64,000 nt of DNA, from positions 15,810,001 to 15,874,000 of the forward strand of contig NC_135830.1 in assembly GCF_964213995.1 (NCBI RefSeq). The letters are read 5' to 3'. Shown in pieces: positions 1 to 10,892 of the stretch; positions within the stretch are counted from its first letter, which is position 1; every line of letters begins with the position of its first letter. The notes under the pieces were generated by a model, which searched no databases, was not told the DNA's origin, and worked only from the letters and a program-made list of their open reading frames with translations. The stretch is from Mustelus asterias. Taxonomy: Eukaryota. The translations under genes and the position numbers were made by a program.

Positions 1-140
1 TTTCCTATGACATCTCAGTGAGTACTTTCTCCCGGCTAAAAATCTATTCTCCCCCTTGGTTGCACTAAGCGGCACACTATTGTTTGTAGAATGGAAATAA
101 TGACGGTATTTGCGGGGTAAAGATGTTGCTAATATTTCCA

Positions 141-211
141 GTAAGTAGTCTCACAACATCAGGGTAAAGTCCAGATATATCCCAGTACAACGCCGGCAAC
201 TCCACATCATG
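141..211. mobile_element. Penelope-like element terminal remnant (tail-to-tail mini-insertion) with 13-bp TSD
   Basis: GCTAATATTTCCA is repeated at 128-140 and 212-224. The insert is the reverse piece GTAAGTAGTCTCACAACATCAGGGTAAAGTCCA joined to the forward terminus CCCAGTACAACGCCGGCAACTCCACATCATG; both also occur in the other Penelope copies in this window. Confidence 0.7.
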
Positions 212-1436
212 GCTAATATTTCCAACGTGTTTTGAATCTGAGTTTTAAACTCCCGCTTGTTTTATCTTTCACCATGGTGACATGTCCTTTAGATCTAATT
301 CGTGGAGGTTGCCACCAGCTGCTACCCTCAGCAGTTAAGACGGAAGGAGACGCGGTTACTTTAAAATGAATCTCTAACAATACAAGGAGCGACTGTTAAG
401 CATTAGACTGCTATTGGCAAGACTCTGAAATACAGCCAGAGTTTATTCTGATAAAACACCCGAGCGGTTCAGCATTCAAGCCAAAGACCATTTTTGGAAC
501 AACTCAACATCTTGACAAGAAATTTCACTTGAACAATCTCTGAGCTGTTACTGCTCCGTGAGACTTATAGTGATAAAAACAGTTAAATCTCGGAAAGAAA
601 ATCTCGCCTCTTTGTGCAATAGAAACTCTTGCAGCTGACGTCTGTTGTAGAACAGATCAATTGTGAATAACATTGATTCGTACAATCTGTTATTTGTTTG
701 TGTTAGTTCACGATTTTAGCTTCCTTTGTCTTTGCTTGGTGAAAATTAGCCCGAGTCATCCACCTATTCTGAATTAGTTTCAGAAACTTTACAAGCATTC
801 GCCACCAGGCGGCAGGAGGAGATTTGTTCAGTTGTTGGTTTGATGCTCGGGATTGGTTACAGATTGAGTGTTTTTAAAACATTTAATAAAAGTGAACGTT
901 GCTATCAAGACCAGTATTTATTACCTACCACTAATTGTCCATGGAAAGATCTTGGTGAGCTGCCTTTCGCATTCCACGTAATGTGGCGACACTCGCAGTA
1001 CTGTCAGGGAGGGGTTTCCATGATTTTGAGCTTCAGTGAAATGAACACAATATGTTAGGATATCGCATTGCTTGAAGGGGAACATATCGGTGCTGATGTT
1101 CCCATGCATCATCTGGTGGAAGTGATTGCGGGTTTGGGAGGTGCTGTCAATAAAGGTTCAACCTGTTTATTTAATGATATTAAATTCGGAAATCGGTGAC
1201 GATGGACGCCTGTGTTTCTGACGGTTAAGCAATAAATTACAGGGAAAACGTTATTTTTATTGTATGTGTGTTGCGAATATTTCTGATGATCAACTAATCC
1301 AAGATCACTGAGTCAATGCGTGTCTCCTCACTCCCATTCAGCTCAAATCCATTAAACAGTCGCCTCCACATACAACCCCCTGCTATATAATTCATTAAAA
1401 ACATTTGGTGCTTCTATTCCATTCATTGATGTAAGT

Positions 1437-1694
1437 TTTTTTAAAAGTCACAAGTAAGGCTTATGAAGTAACTGCGAAATTACCCTAATCGCCGCAGTCC
1501 GGTGCCTGTTCGGGTCAATGCCGCTAACAGCACGTCTTTCAGAATGTGGGAGGAAAAGGGAGCACTGGAGAAAATCCACCCAGACACATGGAGAATGTGC
1601 AAACTCCACACACTCAGTGACCGCAGCTGAGAATCGATCTCGGTTCCGGCTGCTGTGTAGCAGCGCTGCTAATCACTGTGCTACCGTGCCGCCC
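1437..1694 (-). mobile_element. tRNA-derived shark SINE (HE1-like variant)
   Basis: The minus strand begins GGGCGGCACGGTAGCACAGTGATTAGCA and shares its body (GTGTGGAGTTTGCACATTCTCC) with the SINEs at 8018 and 60187. Confidence 0.75.
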
Positions 1695-2104
1695 GGAACC
1701 GAAAGCGGAATGTAATGTAGTCAGAGAGCAGCTCCTCCAATTGGGGAATCCGGCTTTTGGACCAGAACAACCTTCACTGTTTTCTTTCTCTGTCTCCCCC
1801 TGACAGATTGAACCTGTGAAAGGACCGATCTTGGAGTATTTCCTCAGAAAATACTCAGCTTAGATTTGAACAGAAACCCTTTGTTCTTTTCGCCCCATTC
1901 CGATGGTAGGAATTAAATATCCAAGGAATTTGATATATTTGATTGAAGAGAAGACGCTTTAAGATGATTGAATGTCAACTGATGACTCAGCCGGCAATGA
2001 ACCAATCAGCAGTGTCGTGCGTGTTACTCACCCTCTAAAGTCTTGAGTGAAACAACTTCAGCTTCAGCTCATTGCTGTTAACTGTGCCGGGAGGTGTCTG
2101 GAAA

Positions 2105-2866
2105 ATGCCTCCTGTCACTTTGTGTTCAGTCCTCACAGCGACAGCTCTGTTAATCGGTAAGTTCCCAAGTTGCACAAACCTGTTTGACATCTTTAACATT
2201 AATACATAGCTAACAATGGATTGATCACAGAACCGTAAATTAATCCTACCCACATTGTCTCCACGCAGCCTGTGACAAACACTGCAATTTAAAACTGGGG
2301 GCAGTTTTCAGTTTTCCCTTCAAATTGCAGGAAATGCGTTTGGGAAACTGATCTCGATAGACGGCGCCAAATGTGCGTTCATGAAAAGTTTGCATATTCG
2401 ATCCAAACCCCTTCCAGTGACAGATCCTGAGCTGTGGAAAATATTTTTCACTTTAGCGGCATCTATTTATTTACCGGGCTTTAATTCGGGTCAAAAAGCC
2501 AATACTGCCTGATAAACGTAGTTAATTGATATTGTTGGATTTGATGTCCCTCTGGACACTTGCAGGACATTGTCGAGGAGACTCTGTTACACAGACACCG
2601 GCTGCCGTCACAGTGAGTACAGGGAAGGATGTTCAGTTGTTCTGTAACTTTACAGCTACAACCAGCGACTATCCTAACATATTGTGGTACCGTCAGCATC
2701 CCGGCGGGTCGATGGAGTTTCTGCTGCAGAGATATACATACAGCGGGAGCACAGAGAGATTCCGAGGGGACCGTTTCTCTGCGGAGTTTGATTTTGTGAA
2801 GAGCACAATGAAGATATCTAAAACTGAGCTGACAGACTCCAGGGTGTATTCCTGTGCACTGAGACC
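2105..2866 (+). CDS. TCR alpha/delta-type V segment V1, open frame (leader 2105-2156, V exon 2566-2866)
   Basis: Leader MPPVTLCSVLTATALLI with phase-1 GTAAGT donor; TGCAG acceptor. In-frame V domain GDSVTQ...QLFCNF...LWYRQHPG...DRFSA...DSRVYSCALR has Cys23, Trp41 and Cys104. Confidence 0.85.
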
Positions 2867-2905
2867 CACATAGACGCAGAGCTGCGCTGAAGCTGTCTAA
2901 ATACT
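2867..2905 (+). promoter_or_regulatory. Degenerate RSS of V1
   Basis: CACATAG heptamer, 22/23-nt spacer, poor nonamer (TCTAAATAC/CTAAATACT vs ACAAAAACC). Confidence 0.6.
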
Positions 2906-2954
2906 CTTAGAATATCACTCAGCATGTAAACTTGGGTCGTTGAGTGAATAAGAA

Positions 2955-3355
2955 TGAACTATCTATATGGCGCCTTCCTTGATGTACCACAGAGTGTTCA
3001 CCATCACTGTTACAATGAGTAGAGAAGAGACGGCAGCCAATTTGATCCCCGGTTGATCCTTCAAACAGCAACATTTTAATGGATCGCTTGTTTCAGAACG
3101 TTTATTTTGGGTAGTAATTGACTCGAGCAATTCAACTGCTCTTCTTCACAATCGTGTCCTTGTGAACTATCACCTCCCTCTGAGAGGGGAGTCGGTGCCG
3201 TCCATTTAACATCTCATTCGGCACCCCGGACAATTCACCATTCCCCTAGGGCTGCACTGCCGCATCTGAATGGGTCCTGTAAGGAGAGTCTCTGTAGAGA
3301 GAGTGGAATTCTGAAAACATCTGCTCCAGAGACGATAGAGCTAACAACTGAACCT
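2955..3355 (-). mobile_element. Decayed Deu-domain SINE (SacSINE1-like)
   Basis: Degenerate matches to recalled Deu-SINE core segments (GCAGCCAATTTG...AAACAGCAA...CTGCTCTTCTTCA...TTTAACATCTCA...CTGCACTG). Confidence 0.45.
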
Positions 3356-4529
3356 CACCTGGGGAGCGGCGTTTGTAGATTAGCGCTTGTACTGCTAATT
3401 TTGGATATTGCACCGCTTTAACAATCAATATATAGTTTATATTTACACATGAAGGTAGATTAGTGTAAACCTTTAATCGAGGTGACCAGGATCAGAACTG
3501 AGAGATAGATAGCAAGCAGCCGTTCAGTGCTTCGGTCACTTTCCATCAACGTCACCCAAGTATCTATTCAGGTTGTTTTTCCTGAAGCACTCCTGTGGAG
3601 AGGAAAGAATCTCGGAACAGACTGGATACCTAATACTTGGAATTCCTGAAAGTGGTGACTGCTCATCAACCCAATCATGGAAAAGCTGGATCGAAATTTA
3701 AAAAACGGAAATTTAAAAAAAACATTACTGGGCCCGGTGGAAACAGCCGGACAATAAATTTAACCCCTGGAACGAACTATTACTCGACAAGAGAAAGAAG
3801 AGTTTCTACTGGTCCAGCACCCTGGACATTTGAAAGCACTTTACACACTATGGAAATTGATCTCCAGTGTTGCCGCTGTAATGTTGTTAGAAACATTATT
3901 TATACAGAAGACACGGGGTCTTATGGGTCTCTGCCAGAAAGAGTTGTCACTTTGACCGTCAGAGTGGAGTGACAAGATTTGCGGGTCCCGTTGTTTTCTG
4001 GATACTTTGAGTTTGTGAGCAATAGTAACCGAAATATTTTTTCATACGAAGAGGGACTATTCCTCCCCTCATCTACTAGCCCTATCACTGTTCACCGGGA
4101 TTTCAAATTAAGGTAGAATTAGCTCTGGTGGATATGTTCACTGCATTGCAATAGTAATAATACTTTCAGGAATAATGTGACATAATAATAATATTAAACG
4201 AACAGCCTTCAGTAATTTATGAATTCTGTGATTTTCCAGGAAATGGTCATTTACCTCAGATTGCCACCGGATGGAGCTGCCTCACCAAGTTTGTATGTTT
4301 GCTGCAACGATTACGGGAGCAATAGCATTGTGGATATGCTGCTGTCTAGTATTCTAGATGAACAAGCAGCTCTCCGAAATCACGCTATTCCTTATTATGT
4401 ACTAGTTACATTATGAGATATTTATATCTTCTTCTGGAATTGTTCATTCAGTTGATTATTTTCTCAGAACAATGAACTGGACAGAAGAACATCAGAGAAT
4501 AGGGAACAGGAGCTGGATTGGACCATATG

Positions 4530-5662
4530 ATGGGGAAGGAAACTGCAGGGGACGGGCACAATTGAAATGTTCAAGGAACAGCTACTGCGTGTCCTTGATA
4601 GTATGTACCTGTCAGGCAGGGAGGAAGTGGTCGAGCGAGGGAACCGTGGTTTACTAAAAAAGTTGAATCTCTTGTGAAGAGGAAGAAGGAGACTTATGTA
4701 AAGATGAGACGTGAAGGCTCAGTTAGGGCGCTTGAGAGTTACAAGTTAGCCAGGAAGGACCTAAAGAGAGAGCTAAGAAGAGTCAGGAGGGGACATGATA
4801 AGTCTTTGGCAGGTAGGATCAAGGAAAACCCTAAAGCTTTCTATGGGTATATCAGGAATAAAAGAATGACTAGGATAAGATTAGGGCCAGTCAAGGACAG
4901 TAGTGGGAATTCCGAAGAGATAGGGGGGGTGCTAAATGAATATTTTCCGTCAGTATTCACACAGGAAAAAGACAATGTTGTCGAGGAGAATACTGAGATC
5001 TAGGCTATTTGACTAGACGGGGTTGAGGTTCATAAGGAGGAGGCGTTAGCAATTCTGGAAAGTGTGAAAATAGATAAGTCCCCTGGGCCGAATGGGATTT
5101 ATCCTAGGATTCTCTGGGAGGCTAGGGAGGAGATTGCAGAGCCGTTGGCTTTGATCTTTATGTCGTCATTGTCTCCAGGAATAGTGCCAGAAGACTGGAG
5201 GATAGCAAATGTTGTCCCCTTGTTCAAGAAGGGGAGTAGAGACAACCCTGGTAATTATAGACCAGTGAGCCTTACTTCTGTTGTGGGCAAAGTTTTGGAA
5301 AGGATTATAAGAGATAGGATTAATAATCATCTGGAAATTAATAATTTGATTAGGGATAGTCAGCACGATTTTGGGAAGGGTAGGTCGTGCCTCACAAACC
5401 TTACTGAGTTCTTTGAGGAGGTGACCAAAGAGGTGGATGAGGGTAAAGCAGTTGATGTGGTGTATATGGATTTCAGTAAAGCGTTTGATAAGGTACCCCA
5501 CGGTAAGCTATTGCAGAAAATACGGATGCATGGGATTGAGGGTGACTTAGCGGTTTGGATCAGAAATTGGCTAGCTGTAAGAAGACAGAGGGTGGTGGTT
5601 GATGGGAAATGTTCATCCTGGAGTTCAGTTATTAGTGGTGTACCGCAAGGATCTGGTTTGGG
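4530..5662 (+). mobile_element. CR1-type LINE internal ORF2 fragment
   Basis: ORFs 4674-5003 and 5064-5723 contain KENPKAFY, KSPGPNGIYPRIL, PEDWRIANVVPLFKKG, NYRPVSLTS, VYMDFSKAFDKVPH. It breaks off at SGVPQGS(G)LG. Confidence 0.9.
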
Positions 5663-5799
5663 AGTTATGGGTTTACGGATACGGCTCCCGGCTTTGAACA
5701 CCTCAGCGGGAATCACAACCTGAAATAAAGCACTTTTCACTTGTCAGTGAAAGGATAGAAGGTGACAGACAGCGCCGTGTATTACTGTGCACTGAGGCC
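5663..5799 (+). pseudogene. TCR V segment V2, 3' half only
   Basis: SYGFTDTAPGFEHLSGNHNLK*STFHLSVKG*KVTDSAVYYCALRP has two stops; the 5' half is replaced by the LINE. Confidence 0.85.
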
Positions 5800-5838
5800 C
5801 ACAGTGAATGAGGATCCCGCGGGCCTCATACAAAAACT
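5800..5838 (+). promoter_or_regulatory. 23-RSS of V2
   Basis: CACAGTG + 23 nt + ACAAAAACT. Confidence 0.92.
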
Positions 5839-6741
5839 GGCACAGGTCGAAAATCAATGATTCATTGTCAGGGCAACACATGGGCTTGAAAATTCAGAGA
5901 GCATGCAACCATAGAGAAGGTGACAATACAGTCCCGTCTGAGGGTTTTCGCTCACTGAGGTCAATGATTGTCACTGTTGGGAAGTTTGACATTTTTACTC
6001 ATATTACTACCAGATCAAGTCCAATCGTTCCCATATCACATTCACACAAATCTGCAAATCTCCCAAGTGAAAAACGTCATCAAGCTGTATTTTGAATGTT
6101 CCTAATCAGTTGACTGTCTGACAGATCACACATTTCAGAAGTGATCAAATATCAAAGGCAGACTCAGAGTTGCCACATGTTGAAGTTGCTGGGTTAAAAA
6201 TATTGACTGACTGAAATCCATGCCTTCCCAGTGGAAGCTCATCTCAATGTGGAGCTGGGTGATTACTTTTCCCCAGTGTTCTTAAAACGGTATCTATTAA
6301 TTATCCTCATGCACTGGGCGGCACTCAAAAACTGTGCATCAGAGGGATTTCAAATTATCTGCTTCAATTTTCACCTTAATTAGGGGGAAAGATCTACCTA
6401 AAAAAATACATTGACATTGAGTTCGAAGGCAAGCGAGTTAAACGGAGAAAGAATGACTGATATTGTGACAGAGAAGGTGAGAGTGAGAAAGACACACGCA
6501 GCCGGGGCTACAATTTGATTGGAGATCGCCAGCTGTACTTCCTCCTCAACTAAGAGTGATTGGTCCAAAGCTACCAGGTCCAAAGGTGATCCTCAGGGAG
6601 ACTAGCCAATCGTAGCACTAAGAAACGCCCCCCCCTTTCCTATAATTGAAGCTGTCTCTGATCTGAGTTCGCTCTGTGATATAAGACTAGAAACAGCGAC
6701 AAATGTTAAGCAGTGTCGCTGTTTACTGCCAATCAGGAACC

Positions 6742-7178
6742 ATGTGTTCCCTGTGTGCTTTACTGATAATAATGGTCACATTGCCCGGTTAGTCTGAGCT
6801 CAAATCCTCAGTGTGTGTTTCACGGGTTATATTCACTCACAGATTTCTCACACATTCTATATGTTGTTACAGGAACCAATGGCCAAGATTCAGCTTCCCA
6901 GCAGCGCCTGAATTCACGGTTCAGGAAGGACAGGAGGGAATATTGAACTGCAACTACACTACAAAAAAAGTAATGCCAACTCTCTTCTGGTACATCCAGA
7001 ATCCTGGTGAAGCTCCGAGATATTTACTGAAGAGTTACGGGAAGCGGCAGGGGGATAAGTCTCCCGATTTCCCGGACCGGTATTCTGCTGATTTGGACCA
7101 AGACAAGAAAACAGTTCCGTTAAATATCACCGGGGTCCGTGTGTCTGACTCTGCTGTGTATTACTGTGCGCTGAGCCC
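6742..7178 (+). pseudogene. TCR alpha/delta V segment V3, frameshifted (leader 6742-6787, V exon 6873-7178)
   Basis: Leader MCSLCALLIIMVTLP/GTTAGT. The exon starts GTNGQDSASQQ, then shifts frame (~6905) to PEFTVQEGQEGILNCNY...FWYIQNPGEAPRYLL...DSAVYYCALS. Confidence 0.85.
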
Positions 7179-7217
7179 CGCACTGTTACAGAGGCACAGT
7201 CAGCCCGCACAAAAAAA
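7179..7217 (+). promoter_or_regulatory. Defective 23-RSS of V3
   Basis: CGCACTG (invariant CAC broken) + 23 nt + ACAAAAAAA. Confidence 0.8.
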
Positions 7218-7724
7218 CAGCAAGGGCACTCTCGCCTCCTCTCACTGAATCAGATCTGTCAACTGGATTAGGGTTTTATAGTATGACCCAAATCATATAA
7301 AGACCAATTTGCCAGAATTTTTACGTTCTGTGCTGCACAATGTGTCGTTATACATCAAAGTCCTGTTTCTATCAGCGGTAAGTATTTTATTTTTCATTTT
7401 CAGCGAGCAGCTCTCTTAATGAGAAACTCCGGCCATGATAATAGAACCATTTTAACAATTACCCATCACCTCCAACTTAAATATTGACCCTGTTAATGAA
7501 GCCATATTGAGTTTAAAGCAACTCTTATCATTCTCTACACCACAGAGCAGTGATTGTGCAGTCTTTGGGTTTATTTCGAACTGATGATGATACATTTGTG
7601 GATTTTAAGAGTAAAATGGGACTTCGGGTAGTGCATGAAGATGGTGAGAGATAGACAGGTAGATAGTAGGAGCATTTTTGCAAGGCAAAGTGGCCACTGC
7701 TGGTCTTTCATCTACCCAGCTCAC

Positions 7725-7732
7725 TGACGTCA
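7725..7732. promoter_or_regulatory. CRE palindrome upstream of V4
   Basis: TGACGTCA with nearby ATTGG/CCAAT boxes; CRE motifs are characteristic of TCR V promoters. Confidence 0.4.
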
Positions 7733-8017
7733 CAAACTGCGAGTTGATTGGATGAAATGTGGGACAATGGAGCAATGAACCGATTGGTTGTCACTTGTCG
7801 CTCTGTCAGGAATAGACCAATCAGGTTGCCAGGCCGAATGTCACTGCTCATCTTCTCAACTCTTACCTAAAACTATTGAGCTTTAACTCACTGAGTTCAG
7901 ATCCAGCATCAGCTCTGTGAGCATTTTGGGTGATACCCTTTATTCATTCCTCACAGCTACTGGCCTCCTAACTTGTTAACTCCCAAGTTACTCAGTTTTC
8001 AACTTGTTAACGTTACT

Positions 8018-8347
8018 CATAGAAAGAATCATAGAAACCCTACAGTGCAGAAGGAGGCCATTCGGCCCATCGAGGCTGCACCGACCACAATCCCACCCAG
8101 GCCCTACCCCCACATATTTTACCCACTAATCCACGCATCCCAGGACTCTAAGGGGCAATTTTCTTTTAACCTGGCCAATCAACCTAACCCGCACATCTTT
8201 GGACTGTGGGAGGAAACCAGAGCACCTGGAGGAAACCCACACAGACATGAGGAGAATATGCAAACTCCACACAGACAGTGACCCGAGCCGGGAATCGAAC
8301 CCGGGAGCTGTGAAGCAGCAGTGCTAACCACTGTGCTACCATGCCGC
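8018..8347 (-). mobile_element. HE1-like SINE
   Basis: tRNA-like head GCGGCATGGTAGCACAGTGGTTAGCA...GGTTCGATTCCCGG and a CR1-like tail ending in TTTCTATG repeats. Confidence 0.85.
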
Positions 8348-8654
8348 TCACAGAGTATTTTTACTTTTAACCATGTGTTTCCTGCATTTGCAATATATTC
8401 TGTTAACTTGATAATCTTGGCTGCAATAAAATGGCAACAAAATGTTCTCTATTTCTTCATTTCTGCAGGTGTTCATGCTGCAGACTCGGTCTCACAGGAG
8501 CCGGGTTACAGCGACACAGTTCGAAGGCGACTCTGTGATAATCAATTTCAGCTATTCCACCACTGCTGCTTTCTAATTATTACACCTGTACCGTCAGGAT
8601 CGGGACAAAGCTCCCAGATTCTTGATCTATATTCCTTCTGCTGGGGATATTTTC

Positions 8655-8752
8655 CACTCCATCTGACGAAGGAGCAGCACGCTCCGAAAGCTTATGGTGT
8701 CTGCTACCAAATAAACCTGTTGGACTTTAACCTGGTTTGTGAGACTTCTTAC
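8655..8752 (+). mobile_element. Penelope-like terminal repeat insertion with 9-bp TSD
   Basis: GATATTTTC occurs at 8646-8654 and 8753-8761. The insert ends CCAAATAAACCTGTTGGACTTTAACCTGGTTTGTGAGACTTCTTAC, shared with the Penelope copy at 39490. Confidence 0.85.
8659..8697 (+). ncRNA. Minimal type I hammerhead ribozyme motif
   Basis: CCAT-CTGACGA-A-GGAGC-AGCAC-GCTCC-GAAA-GCT-T-ATGG: intact core, 5-bp helix II, palindromic AGCU helix III, helix I CCAT/ATGG. Confidence 0.75.
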
Positions 8753-9102
8753 GATATTTTCAGACCAGAGGGTGTGGGGCCTCGATTTTCTGCATTCCTC
8801 GACAGTTCAAAAAGTGAGGGGATTTTCACCATCCCTGAGCTGCGGTTGTCTGACAGCGCGGTGTATTACTGCGGACTGAGAGACAGAGTGACAAGAACCA
8901 GAGGGAGCTAGGTGGAAAAACACTGCCGCAATGTGACAGGGTGATTGGGATAGGGCAAAATGGAGGGAATTCTGTTCTTTCTAAACGTATCAGCAGAATG
9001 TGTTGGTTTCAAATAAATGTCAATAAGTTACAAGCCGAGAGTAACAGATTTGGGGAAGGTTCCATTTATTCCATTTATATCAAATATATTTTGGGCATAA
9101 TT

Positions 9103-9890
9103 CATAGAAACCTAGAAACGTAGAAGATAGGAGCAGGAGGAGGCCATTGGGCCCTTCGAGCCTGCTCCGCCATTCATCACGATCATGGCTGATCATCCAA
9201 CTCAATCGCCCAGTCCTGCTTTCTCCCCATAACCTTTGATCCCATTCGCCCCAAGTGCTTTATCCAGCCGCCTCTTGAATGCATTCAATGTTTTGGCATC
9301 AGCTACTTCCTGTGGTAATGAATTCCACAGGCTCACCACTCTTTGGGTGAAGAAATCTCTCCTCATCTCCGTCTTAAATGGTCTACCCTGAATCCTCGGA
9401 CTGTGACCTCTGGTTTTGGATTTCCACACCATCGGGAAAATCCTCTCTGCATCTACCCTGTTTAGACCTGTTAGAATTTTATAAGTCTCTTTGAGAACCA
9501 CCCCCCCCCCCCCCTGCTTTCGTCTGAACTCCAGTGAAAACAATCCTGACGTCGTCAATCTCTCCTCTTACATCAGTCCCGCCATCCCCGGAATCAGCCT
9601 GGTAAACTTTTGTTGCACTCCCTCGAGAGCAAGAACATCCTTCCTCAGAAAGGGAGACCAAAACTGCACACAATACTCTAACCGTGGCCTCACCAAGGCC
9701 CTGTATAGTTGCAACAACATATCCCCGCTCCTGTACTCGAAACCTCTCGCAATGAAGGCCAACATACCAATTGCCTTCTTTTCTGCCTGATGCACCTGCA
9801 TACTTACCTTCAGTGACTGGTGCACAAGGACACCCAGGTCCCGCTGCACACTCCCCTGTCCCAATTTACAGCCATTCAGATCATAATCTG
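9103..9890 (-). mobile_element. CR1-type LINE 3' fragment
   Basis: ORFs 9568-9963 and 9202-9558 contain QRDLGVLV, LVRPRLEYCVQFWSP, FFTQRVVSLWNSLP; CR1 tail present. Confidence 0.9.
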
Positions 9891-10853
9891 AATTCAAATC
9901 TAATTCAAAATGTCTTAGAGAATTTAGACAAGTTTGTAAAATTTGCGATATAAACATGAGCATGGTCTAAGACCAGTAACAACCGACAACGTCTCTAATG
10001 GATTACACGGCAAATAAAGTTGAAGGAAGGAGACAGCGCCAGTATCATGTAAACAGGCACTGGATCCAGTGAAATATGAACAGATATGTGGGATCAGTGT
10101 AGTATTAGTTGAGACACTAGTTTGTGCCCTGTGAGAAGAAATACGGTCTGGACAGTTGTTAACCATCCTGCTGTAATCGAAACAAGGAGATTGTCTCATA
10201 AATGAATACAGGAAACATAGTTTAAGGTTACAATAGGAAATATAGAGCATAGAGTAAAGTTCAGTACAGCATTTACACCGAACAACGCAATATTTACTGA
10301 CAAGATATTTTGGTGTAAGCTTTTGAATTTCTTGTAAAAATAATTCCTGAACAATCATGCTCTGAATGGAACTGAACATTACAGGTAGAAATTGTGAACT
10401 CTCCCACAAGGTGGCAGCAACGCTCAGAACCTACTGATATTGTAGCGGTCCGTTCGGTTAAAATTTCCACATCTCTGTAACAGTGGGGGACAATTAACAC
10501 GTTTCATTTAATTATCAACATTTTGACCTGGCGTAAGCCTGTCTCCATTGCAGACTGATATTTTAAACAGTGTTATCTTACTTTCCGTTTACCCTATTTC
10601 ACTGCATCGACAGAGCTAGTTTCAGGGAACCAACTGGAGTTTGTGTTGTCAATGGTGGGCAGCCAGTTTTGCAGCCACGACGTGAATGCAATAATCAGGC
10701 AGAAAGAATGTTCGGTTTGTACCGTTTCTGATGCTGTTTCTGCTGATTGTTCTCTGGGTCTTTGTGCACAGGAATATTTTCCAGTGTCAGTGTGTGACTG
10801 GCTGTTGTAAACAGTCCTCAGCAGACAGCAGCTGTGACCCAGAAACCTGCGGC

Positions 10854-10892
10854 AGTTTTTGTACGAGAATTTCACTCGTTCTCATCACTGTG
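10854..10892 (-). promoter_or_regulatory. 23-RSS of V5
   Basis: Minus strand CACAGTG + 23 nt + ACAAAAACT. Confidence 0.92.

Larger units (their letters stand above)
8469..8883 (+). pseudogene. TCR alpha/delta V segment V4 (frameshift, stop, Penelope-derived insertion)
   Basis: GVHAADSVSQEP / TATQFEGDSVIINFSYSTTAAF*LLHLYRQDRDKAPRFLIYI ... GPRFSAFLDSSKSEGIFTIPELRLSDSAVYYCGLR. RSS is CAGAGTG-23-GGAAAAACA at 8884-8922. Confidence 0.85.

Noticed and set aside
7195-7217. Cryptic heptamer CACAGTC in the V3 spacer as a 12-RSS
   Set aside because: Only 7 nt separate it from the nonamer.
6811-7248. 145-aa ORF as an intact V gene
   Set aside because: It starts in the intron, the spliced leader is out of frame with the domain, and the heptamer is broken.
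8321-8911. 196-aa ORF as a functional V-containing protein
   Set aside because: Chance read-through of SINE end, intron, out-of-frame V and the Penelope insert.
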